A stretch of DNA of 64,000 nucleotides from Lentisphaeria bacterium UBA1732 (lineage in GTDB: Bacteria; Verrucomicrobiota; Lentisphaeria; Victivallales; UBA1829), in contig DCIG01000045.1 of assembly GCA_002315855.1 (NCBI GenBank), positions 2,196 to 66,195 on the forward strand. Direction: 5' to 3'. The notes under the pieces were generated by a model. The model was given only the letters and a program-made list of their open reading frames with translations. It was not told the DNA's origin and did no database searches. This document shows, piece by piece, positions 38,696-47,420 of the stretch. Position numbers and translations under genes: made by a program. How positions within the stretch are numbered: position 1 is the first letter of the stretch; each line of letters begins with the position of its first letter.

Positions 38696-39067
38696 GTACA
38701 CCTTTCATCCAGTTGAAACTCTGGATCACGCCTTTTCTTGCTTTCCGCAATTCTCTCCCTTCGTTTTCTCCCTCTTTCATTTGATTTTCTCCCTGAAAAA
38801 TGATATATTATGAATGTTGAGTTGATGAAGCAATCACCTCAACAGGGGATTCTGTGAACTTCTTGTTCATGAAAATAAGCCGGAGGACAATCAGTGTGGC
38901 TGCTTGTTGCTGATTGGCAGGATAATACCTGGAGACGCTTGTTTCCTGTGCGGATTTCATGGAGATTCCTTCCTGTTCAATCCTCAAAAAGCACGGCACA
39001 TTTTACCATGACTTGTCGTCTGTTTGGGATTTGAGTATCTTTAGCCATCCACAAACAAAGAACAAAC

Positions 39068-40009
39068 ATGAAAATCTCTGAATTTAACTCCAAACACAAC
39101 TTCATTGCCGGTCTCCTCGCTGCCATCCTTTGCGAAATCATCTTCGGTTTCAGCTTCTTTTTCACGCGGAGGACTGTTACTTCGGTTCACCCGTCGGATT
39201 TGCTCAGCTGGCGTTTTGTCCTTGCCTCTCTGATTTTTTCAGTCGGAGCCTTGACCCGTCTCATCCACATTGATTATCGCGGCAAAAAAGTTCTCCCGCT
39301 GTTTGGCATTGGACTTCTTTTTCCGGGCCTTTGTTTCCTCCTCGAAACAACCGGGACCAAACTCACCACTGCCTCCGAAACCGGCATTATCATTTCCACG
39401 TCATCCGTGATGACTCTTTTCCTTTCGCTCCTGATTCTCCATAGCAAACCTTCCAAATACCAGTGTTTCGGGATTGCCTGCGCATTCCTCGGCACAGCCT
39501 GTTGTGCCGTTGCGAAAGGCCTTGAACTGAGTTTCAGTCCGTTGGGCTATCTTCTTCTGTTCTGCGGGATTACCTGTTACAGCTTCTACAGTGTCCTTTC
39601 GGCTCGTCTTGACCCTCGTCTTTCTGCGGTGGAGCGTACTTATTGCATCGTCTCGATTGCCGCTGTGATTTACACGTCGATTGCCCTGACCCGCCACATT
39701 TCCGATGGAACGCTCAGTCAGTATCTTTCTTTGCCGTTCCGCGACCGTAATTTCCTGATTTCCGTTTTATATTTGGGCGGATGCAGTTCCGTATTCGCCC
39801 TTTTCCTCTGCAATTTTTCCATTGCCCGCATTGGTGCAATTCGCTTTTCCAGCTTCATCGGTATTGAAACGGTTACCTCCATCTTTGCCGGTGTCCTCAT
39901 TTTACACGAATCTTTCCCGTTGATGGAAGCTCTCGGCGCGGCTCTCGTCATTGCCGGTGTCTATCTGACGAACCGCCGTCCGGAACTCTTTCCTCACGGT
40001 GATAAATAA
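39068..40009 (+). CDS. DMT superfamily (EamA-type) transporter, paralog 1
   Basis: 313 aa with 10 TM helices and two EamA-like halves. Confidence 0.85.
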   Translation: MKISEFNSKHNFIAGLLAAILCEIIFGFSFFFTRRTVTSVHPSDLLSWRFVLASLIFSVGALTRLIHIDYRGKKVLPLFGIGLLFPGLCFLLETTGTKLTTASETGIIISTSSVMTLFLSLLILHSKPSKYQCFGIACAFLGTACCAVAKGLELSFSPLGYLLLFCGITCYSFYSVLSARLDPRLSAVERTYCIVSIAAVIYTSIALTRHISDGTLSQYLSLPFRDRNFLISVLYLGGCSSVFALFLCNFSIARIGAIRFSSFIGIETVTSIFAGVLILHESFPLMEALGAALVIAGVYLTNRRPELFPHGDK

Positions 40010-40018
40010 CATTTTTGT

Positions 40019-40969
40019 ATGAAACTCATCTCTTCAGCCTTTCTTTCTCAAAAACGCTTCCTTGCCGGTGTCCTCACTGCCATCCTTTGTGAAATCATCT
40101 TCGGCTTCAGCTTTTTCTTCACGAAAAAAACGGTTTCCGTTGTTTCTCCCATGGATTTGCTCAGCTGGCGTTTCCTGGTCGCCTCTCTGATATTCGGGAT
40201 TGGTGCTTTGACTCGCCTGATACGCATGGATTTCCGCGGCAAAAAAGTCCTCCCGCTGTTTGGAATCGGACTTGTTTTCCCCTGCCTTTACTTCCTGTTT
40301 GAAGTCCGCGGCGTAATCCTCACCACATCCTCGGAAACGGGCATTGTCATTGCCACTGCACCCGTCATGTCCATCTTGCTTTCCATGCTTTTCCTCCATG
40401 AGAAAACCGCCGGATTCCAGTGCATCGGCATTGCCTGTGCTGTCATCGGCACCATCCTTTGCGCCGTTTCAAAAGGCCTGGATTTGAGTTTCAGCCCACT
40501 TGGTTATTTCATGCTCCTGTGCGGAATCGTCTGTTATTGTTTTTACGGCGTCCTTTCGATGAAACTCGATCCCCGTCTTTCCTCTGTGGAACGCACCTGC
40601 TGCATCGTCGTAACTGCCGCCGTGATTTACTCCTCGTTCGTCTTGATTCGACATGCCTTCTCCGGTACGCTTTCTTCTTTCCTTACCTTGCCGTTCCGCA
40701 ATCGTGATTTCCTGATTGCCATTCTCTACCTTGGCGGTTGTTGTTCGTTCCTTGCCCTTTTCCTCTGCAATTTTTCCATTGCCCGCATTGGTGCCGTTCG
40801 TTTTGCCAGCTTCATTGGAGTGGAAACGGTCGTTTCCATTCTTGCCGGTGTCCTGATTCTCCACGAATCCTTCTCATGGATGGAAGCTGTCGGTGCTGTT
40901 TTGGTCATCAGCGGTGTCTATCTGACGAACAGCCGCCGCACTTCTCATCACAAAAATTCCGAATCCTGA
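40019..40969 (+). CDS. DMT superfamily (EamA-type) transporter, paralog 2
   Basis: 316 aa, roughly two-thirds identical to the upstream paralog by eye (for example 'ILCEIIFGFSFFFT', 'DLLSWRF', 'FRGKKVLPLFGIGL', 'FLCNFSIARIGA'). It starts 9 nt after the paralog 1 stop. Confidence 0.85.
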   Translation: MKLISSAFLSQKRFLAGVLTAILCEIIFGFSFFFTKKTVSVVSPMDLLSWRFLVASLIFGIGALTRLIRMDFRGKKVLPLFGIGLVFPCLYFLFEVRGVILTTSSETGIVIATAPVMSILLSMLFLHEKTAGFQCIGIACAVIGTILCAVSKGLDLSFSPLGYFMLLCGIVCYCFYGVLSMKLDPRLSSVERTCCIVVTAAVIYSSFVLIRHAFSGTLSSFLTLPFRNRDFLIAILYLGGCCSFLALFLCNFSIARIGAVRFASFIGVETVVSILAGVLILHESFSWMEAVGAVLVISGVYLTNSRRTSHHKNSES

Positions 40970-41039
40970 TTGCAAATACCGCATTTTGACAGTATATTGA
41001 TAAAACTTTAATCACTTTTCCTCCCGGAGTTTCAACGAT

Positions 41040-43367
41040 ATGACCGCTTTTTTCCATGAGAAAAAATCCCCCTTGCGGATTGCATGTGTCGGAGACAGCA
41101 TCACCGAGGGACACGGCTCCTCAAATCCTGTCGTATGTTCCTATCCTGCCCGGCTTCAGTCACTCCTTGGCGACTCCGTTCTGGTCCGCAACTTCGGCGT
41201 CGGTGCCCGTACCGGCATGAAACTCGGCTTCGAGGGCGATGGCACTCGCCGCGGCTATGTTTTGGAATCCGCCTATCGTGAAAGTCTTGACTTTGCCCCG
41301 GACATTGTTCTCATTATGTTCGGCACGAATGACACCAAGGAAATCAATGCGCCTCTTTTGCCCGTTCATTTCGAGCCTGACATGATGGAACTCGTCCGGA
41401 GCTATCAGCAGCTCCCCTCACATCCCGTAGTTTTTCTTGCCGCGCCCCCCATGGTCGAACATTCCAACTGGACCATCAACGAACCGTCCCTTGTTGGCGA
41501 AATCATTCCCCGCGTGAAAAATGCCGCCGCTGCCACTGATGCCGTCTTTGTCGATGTCCACGCCGCCACGCTTTCTCATCCCGAATTTTACACGCCCGAC
41601 GGTGTCCACCTGAACGACTTCGGCTACATCAATCTTGCCTCTTTTTTCGCTTCGGCTCTGTCCCCGTTCCTGAAAACAGGCGGCGATTCCCCCTCTTTTC
41701 CGCCTTCTTCCAATCCCCCGTCTCGTAAAAAATTACCATGGGGCGTGATTGGTTCTTTTCTGGTCCTGCTGTCGGTCGCTGCTCTCCTCTTTTGCATGAA
41801 TCGTTACAGCCCTGAAACATCCTGCATTGCCGTTGTCCCCGATTCCCTCGAAAACGTCCTTTGTCCCTGGTCCTTGTTGCAGGACGGTCGATATTCGATT
41901 TGGCTGAATAATGCCTGGTATCCTTCCCGTTATCTCCCTTGGTACTCTCTCATTTTTATTTTGCCGTTCCAGTATTTGACACATTCTCTGTTTGGTGCAT
42001 CCTGGGGTATTCTTTTTGCCTCATATCTGCTGGTTTCCCTGTTGTTTTTTGTCGGCTTCTGTTTGGGGTGCCGCCGTTTCACTGGTCTTTTGTCAGTCTT
42101 GCTGTTTCTGTCGTGTCCGTATTTGCTGCGCCTGCACGGCATTGCCATGACGGAATACCCGTATCTTGCATTCCTTTTGCTGATGCTTTGTACCCTCATG
42201 CGCATGTCTTCTTCCCCCCGCATTTCGTCGCGACAGGTGATTGTCTGCGGTATTTTCGGCGCATTGGCGGGGTTGATGCGTTCCAGCGGCTATGTGATGT
42301 TTCTTGTTCCGTCCGTCCTGATTCTTGTGCGTGAAAAAACATGGAGCCGCCGCATTCTCCTTCTTGCTTTGCTGGGATTTTGGGGCGTCCTTGCGGTTTG
42401 TGCCACCGGCACTTACAATTTCCTGACGTTTGGCACTCCGTTCCGCAGCGGCTATCATTTCTGGTGTCCCGTCCCCTACGAATTTCCCGGACTTACGTTT
42501 AATCTTGCCTGTATCCCCTCTAATCTTTCGCAGATGCTTTCGCAAAGCTGGCTCTGGTATCTCGTTGCAGAATTAATCCTTTGCGCATTATGGATTTTCC
42601 TTGTCCATGGAAAGAAACTCCCGTTTCGTCCTGCCCTGTTTTGTGCCGTCATTTTTTCTTTGTTTCATGCCGTTCTGATTCTGTCGCTTTATCTTGGCTA
42701 TTTCTTTTATGAAGGTCGCTTGTATGTTACGGCGGTGGCGGTTGCTTTGCCTGCGTCCTGTGCAGTCTTGGATGACATTTTGCATTTTGCTCTGCGGAAA
42801 CGCTTCTCTTCCCCGTTATGGCTTGGGGGCGGACGTGTTTTGGAAATCCTTTTGCTCCTTGCCTTGCTGTTCCGGTTTGCTTCCTGTGGTTCTCCTTCGT
42901 TCAAAAAGCATGATGCCGAACACCGTTGGATGCAGGAAATCAGCCGCGTTTTGCCGGAGAATGCCATTTTGCTTTCTCCGTTCTCTCCCGGTCTTGCAGA
43001 CTATTATTTGACAAAGGACTACCCTGATCGCCGTCTGATTCCATTCAGCCGTCAGATGGAGTATGCGGGCAAAATCGTTGCCGAACGTCCCTTTGATGTT
43101 TCGCAAATCACCCCCGCTCCTGTGAATGCCGTGAATCATCTTTGCCCCGGCTTGCTTCAATCCGATGCCTGCCGCCTTGTCTATCCTGACGTTTTGTCGG
43201 ATTCTCCTCAGACTTTGGATAAAATCTTGGCCGACGGTCGTCCCGTCTTTTTCTTGAGCGTTTATCCTCCGGGGATGACGGAAGAGCCTGCTTTCCTCAA
43301 GAACAGCAAATCCGTGAAAAGTTTGACTGCATTCAATTTAGCGGCGGGCATTTGGCAAATCAGGTAA
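41040..43367 (+). CDS. fusion protein: N-terminal SGNH/GDSL hydrolase + polytopic GT-C-like membrane domain + C-terminal soluble domain
   Basis: SGNH blocks are present: 'IACVGDSITEG' (block I), 'IMFGTNDT' (block III) and 'DGVHLN' (block V). A Pro/Ser linker follows, then about 10 TM helices resembling ArnT/PMT-type glycosyltransferases (assigned by architecture only), then an approximately 170-aa tail. Confidence 0.6.
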   Translation: MTAFFHEKKSPLRIACVGDSITEGHGSSNPVVCSYPARLQSLLGDSVLVRNFGVGARTGMKLGFEGDGTRRGYVLESAYRESLDFAPDIVLIMFGTNDTKEINAPLLPVHFEPDMMELVRSYQQLPSHPVVFLAAPPMVEHSNWTINEPSLVGEIIPRVKNAAAATDAVFVDVHAATLSHPEFYTPDGVHLNDFGYINLASFFASALSPFLKTGGDSPSFPPSSNPPSRKKLPWGVIGSFLVLLSVAALLFCMNRYSPETSCIAVVPDSLENVLCPWSLLQDGRYSIWLNNAWYPSRYLPWYSLIFILPFQYLTHSLFGASWGILFASYLLVSLLFFVGFCLGCRRFTGLLSVLLFLSCPYLLRLHGIAMTEYPYLAFLLLMLCTLMRMSSSPRISSRQVIVCGIFGALAGLMRSSGYVMFLVPSVLILVREKTWSRRILLLALLGFWGVLAVCATGTYNFLTFGTPFRSGYHFWCPVPYEFPGLTFNLACIPSNLSQMLSQSWLWYLVAELILCALWIFLVHGKKLPFRPALFCAVIFSLFHAVLILSLYLGYFFYEGRLYVTAVAVALPASCAVLDDILHFALRKRFSSPLWLGGGRVLEILLLLALLFRFASCGSPSFKKHDAEHRWMQEISRVLPENAILLSPFSPGLADYYLTKDYPDRRLIPFSRQMEYAGKIVAERPFDVSQITPAPVNAVNHLCPGLLQSDACRLVYPDVLSDSPQTLDKILADGRPVFFLSVYPPGMTEEPAFLKNSKSVKSLTAFNLAAGIWQIR

Positions 43368-43421
43368 TCTTGTTTGCCCTCATGCTTTTGCGCCTCTCCC
43401 TCCGTTTCCCTCATGCCATCC

Positions 43422-44249
43422 TTACGGGAATGGCGATGCCAGCCGGATTGTAACCGAATCCGTATTGGAGGCGTTCAGGAATCTTCGTGCGATGCGGTCG
43501 AATCCCGGTGTCAGGTCGGTTGCATAATACTGTGCGAATCCCGCCTGTTCCGGCGATGCTTCCATTTGGTTTTCTTTCAGCATTTGCGCCAGATACGCTG
43601 CGGTGGAGTGCGCACTGTCGATAATCGTCACGGTGGACGGCAGATAGTCCGCGATTGCCTCCCGGAACAATGGATAATGGGTGCATCCCAGCAGAACAAT
43701 ATCCGGCGGCGTTTGTTTGAGCGGCTTCAGATAGAGTTCCAGCACTCCCTGTACGATTGACCCGTTCGTGATGCCTTCCTCTGCCAGCGGCACGAAAAGC
43801 GGACACGCGATGCCCTGCATGAAATACGATGGATTTTCTCTTAATATCTCGATTTCGTATGCTTTGCTGTCGATGGTTCCCCGTGTCCCCAGCACTGCAA
43901 TGCGCTTCCCTTTTGCCGAAATCGCCGCATGGGCTCCCGGCAGGATGACTCCTGTCAGGGGACATCCTCCGATTCGTTCCCGTATGGTGTCCAGAGCCAG
44001 TGCCGACACGGTATTGCAGGCGGCCACGATTGCTTTCACGTTCCATTTCCGCAGGAACTCCACGTCGTCCAAAGCGAAAGCCCGCACGGTTTCCGGCGAT
44101 CGGTTTCCGTATGGTACGCGGGCTGTGTCGCCCAGATAAATGATGTTTTCGTGGGGCAGGGCCTTTTGGACGGCCCGCACCACGGTCAAGCCTCCCAGAC
44201 CGGAGTCGAATATCCCCACGGGGCGGTTGTCGCAGTTGTACGGCTTCAT
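43422..44249 (-). CDS. murI: glutamate racemase
   Basis: 'VGIFDSGLGGLTV', 'YLGDTARVPYG' and 'LGCTHYPL' match. The ATG at 44249 overlaps the stop of the upstream GNAT gene (ATGA). Confidence 0.9.
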   Translation of the reverse strand: MKPYNCDNRPVGIFDSGLGGLTVVRAVQKALPHENIIYLGDTARVPYGNRSPETVRAFALDDVEFLRKWNVKAIVAACNTVSALALDTIRERIGGCPLTGVILPGAHAAISAKGKRIAVLGTRGTIDSKAYEIEILRENPSYFMQGIACPLFVPLAEEGITNGSIVQGVLELYLKPLKQTPPDIVLLGCTHYPLFREAIADYLPSTVTIIDSAHSTAAYLAQMLKENQMEASPEQAGFAQYYATDLTPGFDRIARRFLNASNTDSVTIRLASPFP

Positions 44250-44731
44250 TCTTTTGACACTTCCATGGCGACTGCTGTTTCCCCGCATTGTTCCCTGTTC
44301 TTGCAGAATCTGCAATCTGCCCAGATTTTTTCGGGAAAACTCTGCTTGTCCACGATTTCAAAGCCCATCCGCGTGAAAAATGGGACGCGGTAGGTCAGTG
44401 CGAATACCCTTGCATGGTCAGCCTTGTTTTTTGCCCGCACGATCAGAGCTTTGATGAGTGCCGTCCCGATACCTTTGGCAATCAGTGCTTTGCGCACGGC
44501 CAATGACCGGATTTCATACAGCGAGTTCCCGAAGTCCCGCAGCGCGGCGCAGGCGATGACTTTGCCCTCTTCGTTCTCTGCCACCATGAAATTCCCGATC
44601 CTTTGGAGAATATCCTCCACCGGACGCGGCAGCAGCAGACCTTCCGGTACATATTCCGTTACAATTTCATGGATTGCCGTAACATCCTCCGGGGTTGCAT
44701 CCCGGAGCGTATATGCGGTTTCGTTAGTCAT
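44246..44731 (-). CDS. GNAT family N-acetyltransferase (short ArgA-like)
   Basis: 161 aa. The acetyl-CoA-binding motif region is '[20 protein letters not shown]'. The C-terminal Cys cluster is '[10 protein letters not shown]'. Confidence 0.7.
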   Translation of the reverse strand: MTNETAYTLRDATPEDVTAIHEIVTEYVPEGLLLPRPVEDILQRIGNFMVAENEEGKVIACAALRDFGNSLYEIRSLAVRKALIAKGIGTALIKALIVRAKNKADHARVFALTYRVPFFTRMGFEIVDKQSFPEKIWADCRFCKNREQCGETAVAMEVSKE

Positions 44732-45686
44732 TTTCCTGGAAAAAGCGTATGTTGCGGAATTTTTGGTAACGCTGTTCCTGAAGCTCTTCAGCTGTCATCG
44801 GACTCAGTTCTTCCAGCGCTTTTTTCAAGTCTCTCTTCAGATACGCCGCCGCCTTGGCATAATGATGATGTGCTCCGCCGATTGGTTCCGGGATGATTCC
44901 GTCGATGATGCCCAGTTTCAGCAGTTCGTCTGCGGTCAGTTTCAGGGCCGCCGCTGCTTGGGGGGCGTAGGCTCGGTCTTTCCACAGGATTGCGGCGCAT
45001 CCTTCCGGCGTGATGGCGGAATAATACGCATTTTCCAGCAGATACACTCTGTTTCCCACGCCCAGTGCCAGCGCTCCGCCGGACCCGCCTTCGCCGATGA
45101 CGATGCAGACCACGGGCACGTTCAGCGCGAACATTTCCCGCAGGTTTACGGCGATTGCTTCACCGATATGGCGTTCTTCTGCTCCCACTCCGGGATATGC
45201 GCCCGGCGTGTCGATGAATGTTACAATCGGAAAATGAGCCAGTTCTGCCAGCTTCATCAGCCTCAGGGCTTTGCGGTAGCCTTCAGGGTTGGGACTCCCG
45301 AAGTTCCGCCGGATATTGTCTTTGGTGTTGCGTCCTTTTTGGGTCCCGATGACCATGACAGGGCTTCCGTCCAGTTTCGCGAAGCCCCCCACGATTGCCG
45401 CGTCGTCCGCAAATCTCCGGTCCCCGTGAAATTCCATGAAATCCGTGAAAATTCGCCCGATGTAGTCCAGTGAATACGGGCGGCGCGGATGCCGTGCCAG
45501 CTGAATCCGCTGCCATGGCGTTAAGGATGAGTATATTTCTTTCTTCGCGGCGGTGAGTTCCCTCCGCAGATGTCGAATTTCCATCGCATGGTTGTTGACT
45601 CCGTTCAGTTCATCTTGACGAATCAGTTCCATGATGTGCTGTTCGATTACTTCGATTGGTTTTTCAAAATCAAGGGATGCAGGCAT
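44724..45686 (-). CDS. accA: acetyl-CoA carboxylase carboxyltransferase alpha subunit
   Basis: '[22 protein letters not shown]...[19 protein letters not shown]' and '[14 protein letters not shown]' are canonical AccA blocks. Confidence 0.9.
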   Translation of the reverse strand: MPASLDFEKPIEVIEQHIMELIRQDELNGVNNHAMEIRHLRRELTAAKKEIYSSLTPWQRIQLARHPRRPYSLDYIGRIFTDFMEFHGDRRFADDAAIVGGFAKLDGSPVMVIGTQKGRNTKDNIRRNFGSPNPEGYRKALRLMKLAELAHFPIVTFIDTPGAYPGVGAEERHIGEAIAVNLREMFALNVPVVCIVIGEGGSGGALALGVGNRVYLLENAYYSAITPEGCAAILWKDRAYAPQAAAALKLTADELLKLGIIDGIIPEPIGGAHHHYAKAAAYLKRDLKKALEELSPMTAEELQEQRYQKFRNIRFFQEND

Positions 45687-45716
45687 AGAAGTTCCTGATG
45701 TTATGGTTCTTGCTGA

Positions 45717-46835
45717 TCAGAGCATCGGTATCGCGATTTCCACCGGTGTCCCTTTCGGAACAAGTTCGTATAGTTCGGTAACGTCATCGTTGGTCATGCG
45801 GAAATATCCCGGCGTTCCGCTGGTTGTATCGGGGATTCCCGATTGGTTGGTTCCGTGAATCGCTGTTGAGGGGCCGCTCCCTTCCACGGGATTCAGTGCC
45901 ATCCATCGTGCTCCGCAGATATTTTCCTGCGACCCGTAGGAATACTTTTGTCCGTTGACGGTCCAGACGGGGGCCGGTTCTTTGTTCACGATTTTGAATT
46001 TCCCTCCGAAGGTGTCGGAGATACTGCTGCCGGGATAGATGTTGTAGATTTTGAATAGCTTGTCGCCGGAAAAAAGCAGAAGTTTGTTGTAGTCTCTGCG
46101 GATGAAAATGGACCATGTGCTCCGCGGTATTTTGAGTTCCTGACCGATTTTCAGCCTTGTATTGTTGGTTGCCATGCTGTTGGCTCGCTGAATCGCTTCC
46201 ACGGTCGTCTGTGTGCGTTTCGCGATGCTGGACAGATTGTCTCCGCTGACGACTTTATACATCTCGAATGTTTCTGGATCGTCTCCCGAATGATAGATTT
46301 CGAGACTTGTTCGTCCCAGCAGTTTGGCCGCCTTGTCATAGACCGGGTCTTTCGGGGTCGCCGTGTCGAAAAGATTCCGCAATGTGGTTCTTGCCGTTGT
46401 ATATTCTTTGCGGGAAAATTCCACATACGCTTTTTCATACTGATCGTTCAACGCCTTTTGCCGTGTCGTCAGCTTTTGAGTTTCAGCCGTTTGATTGACA
46501 TTGGGGCGTTCCGTCGCAGGATTGGAAATCGGCGTCGTATCGGGGGCTTTTGATTTGCTGCCTGCATTGCCTTGTGTGCTTGCCGCCGCTTGAGTCTGTG
46601 TCGCGGGCGGATTTTCCCTGCGCGAGAACCAGTGGCGCACATAATCCCCGTATTTCCCCCAGAAAAAAACGGTACTCCATAGGATCCCTGCTGCTGTAAG
46701 CAGAATCAGTATGATGACAATTGGGGCTTTCGAACGTTTTTGGCGGAAACGTTGCGGGTCAGCGTACCTGATACCATGGGTACCTGTTCCCCCTCTCTGG
46801 TTGTATGAAAACCTGGACATATCCGACTCCGGCAT
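45717..46835 (-). CDS. membrane-anchored LysM + YkuD (L,D-transpeptidase)-like protein, catalytic Cys absent
   Basis: N-terminal TM. LysM domain ('YKVVSGDNLSSIAKRT...IQRAN......LKIGQELKIP'). The YkuD fold is present with 'IHGTN', but 'TPGYFRM' replaces the [ST]HGC[IV]R[LM] motif. Confidence 0.7.
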   Translation of the reverse strand: MPESDMSRFSYNQRGGTGTHGIRYADPQRFRQKRSKAPIVIILILLTAAGILWSTVFFWGKYGDYVRHWFSRRENPPATQTQAAASTQGNAGSKSKAPDTTPISNPATERPNVNQTAETQKLTTRQKALNDQYEKAYVEFSRKEYTTARTTLRNLFDTATPKDPVYDKAAKLLGRTSLEIYHSGDDPETFEMYKVVSGDNLSSIAKRTQTTVEAIQRANSMATNNTRLKIGQELKIPRSTWSIFIRRDYNKLLLFSGDKLFKIYNIYPGSSISDTFGGKFKIVNKEPAPVWTVNGQKYSYGSQENICGARWMALNPVEGSGPSTAIHGTNQSGIPDTTSGTPGYFRMTNDDVTELYELVPKGTPVEIAIPML

Positions 46836-46931
46836 GATGAATCCGATTTCCCGCCGATTCCATAACGCTTTGTTTGAATTGGCTTTCCATCAGATGGTAT
46901 GTGCGGCATTTTTCAGTACCGCGTTTGGAAA

Positions 46932-47125
46932 ATGCTGATTTCAAGAGAGTTGATTTCAAACGTTATTGACGGTAAGATTGAAAAAAATCTTCGCGCAGTT
47001 GCCGGGCGCAGTTTGAGGCGGCTGCTGGATAAGCAACCGCCGAAAACATTCTTCCGGCAAATGTCGTTGAGACTTCCAATGTCCCCGGCAGGACGTTTGA
47101 AATTAGCCCTGCTGACAAAAATATG
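46932..47125. repeat. intergenic inverted-repeat element, copy A
   Basis: Outer arms gatttcaaacgt (46951-46962) and acgtttgaaatt (47094-47105). The core 47011-47070 matches 57601-57660 at 50 of 60 positions. Internal hairpins are ggcggctgc/gcaaccgcc and gccgaaa/ttccggc. Confidence 0.6.
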
Positions 47126-47420
47126 ATTCCCAATGAATGGAGATACCCTTAATATAACACGTATCTTTGCTTTTTCCACTGTTTTACGAAAAAAAGAATG
47201 GAAATATCAGTTTTTTCCATCCTCTGATGCCTCTGACGGAATAAACAATCATCTTTTCTCTTCTTGCAAAAGTCAGCCCCTTGTCTTCTTTCTTCGATTG
47301 CGTCCTGTAACAGTAGTTCCGCTCTGCCGGTTACTTGGCTCTCCTGCTTGGCTCTTGCCTCGCAGAGGACGGCTCCGCCGGTTGCTCCGCGGGCAGCTCT
47401 AGAACTTTGTTCAGGACATC

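Noticed and set aside
38696-39067. Possible guanidine/ykkC-type or other riboswitch upstream of the DMT transporters
   Set aside because: None of the conserved cores I can recall is present (no ACGR-loop hairpin pairs and no GGGTTCCGG / GGTCCGAGAG blocks). The minus-strand ORFs at 38808-38999 and 38977-39165 also look spurious.
46836-47420. Expected location of a DGR template repeat, avd or RT immediately downstream of the variable protein gene
   Set aside because: I read both strands. There is no stretch similar to the VR scaffold, no AAC-rich tract, and no ORF with RT motifs (YxDD) or an Avd-like four-helix protein. The region contains only the intergenic repeat copy A and short, implausible ORFs.
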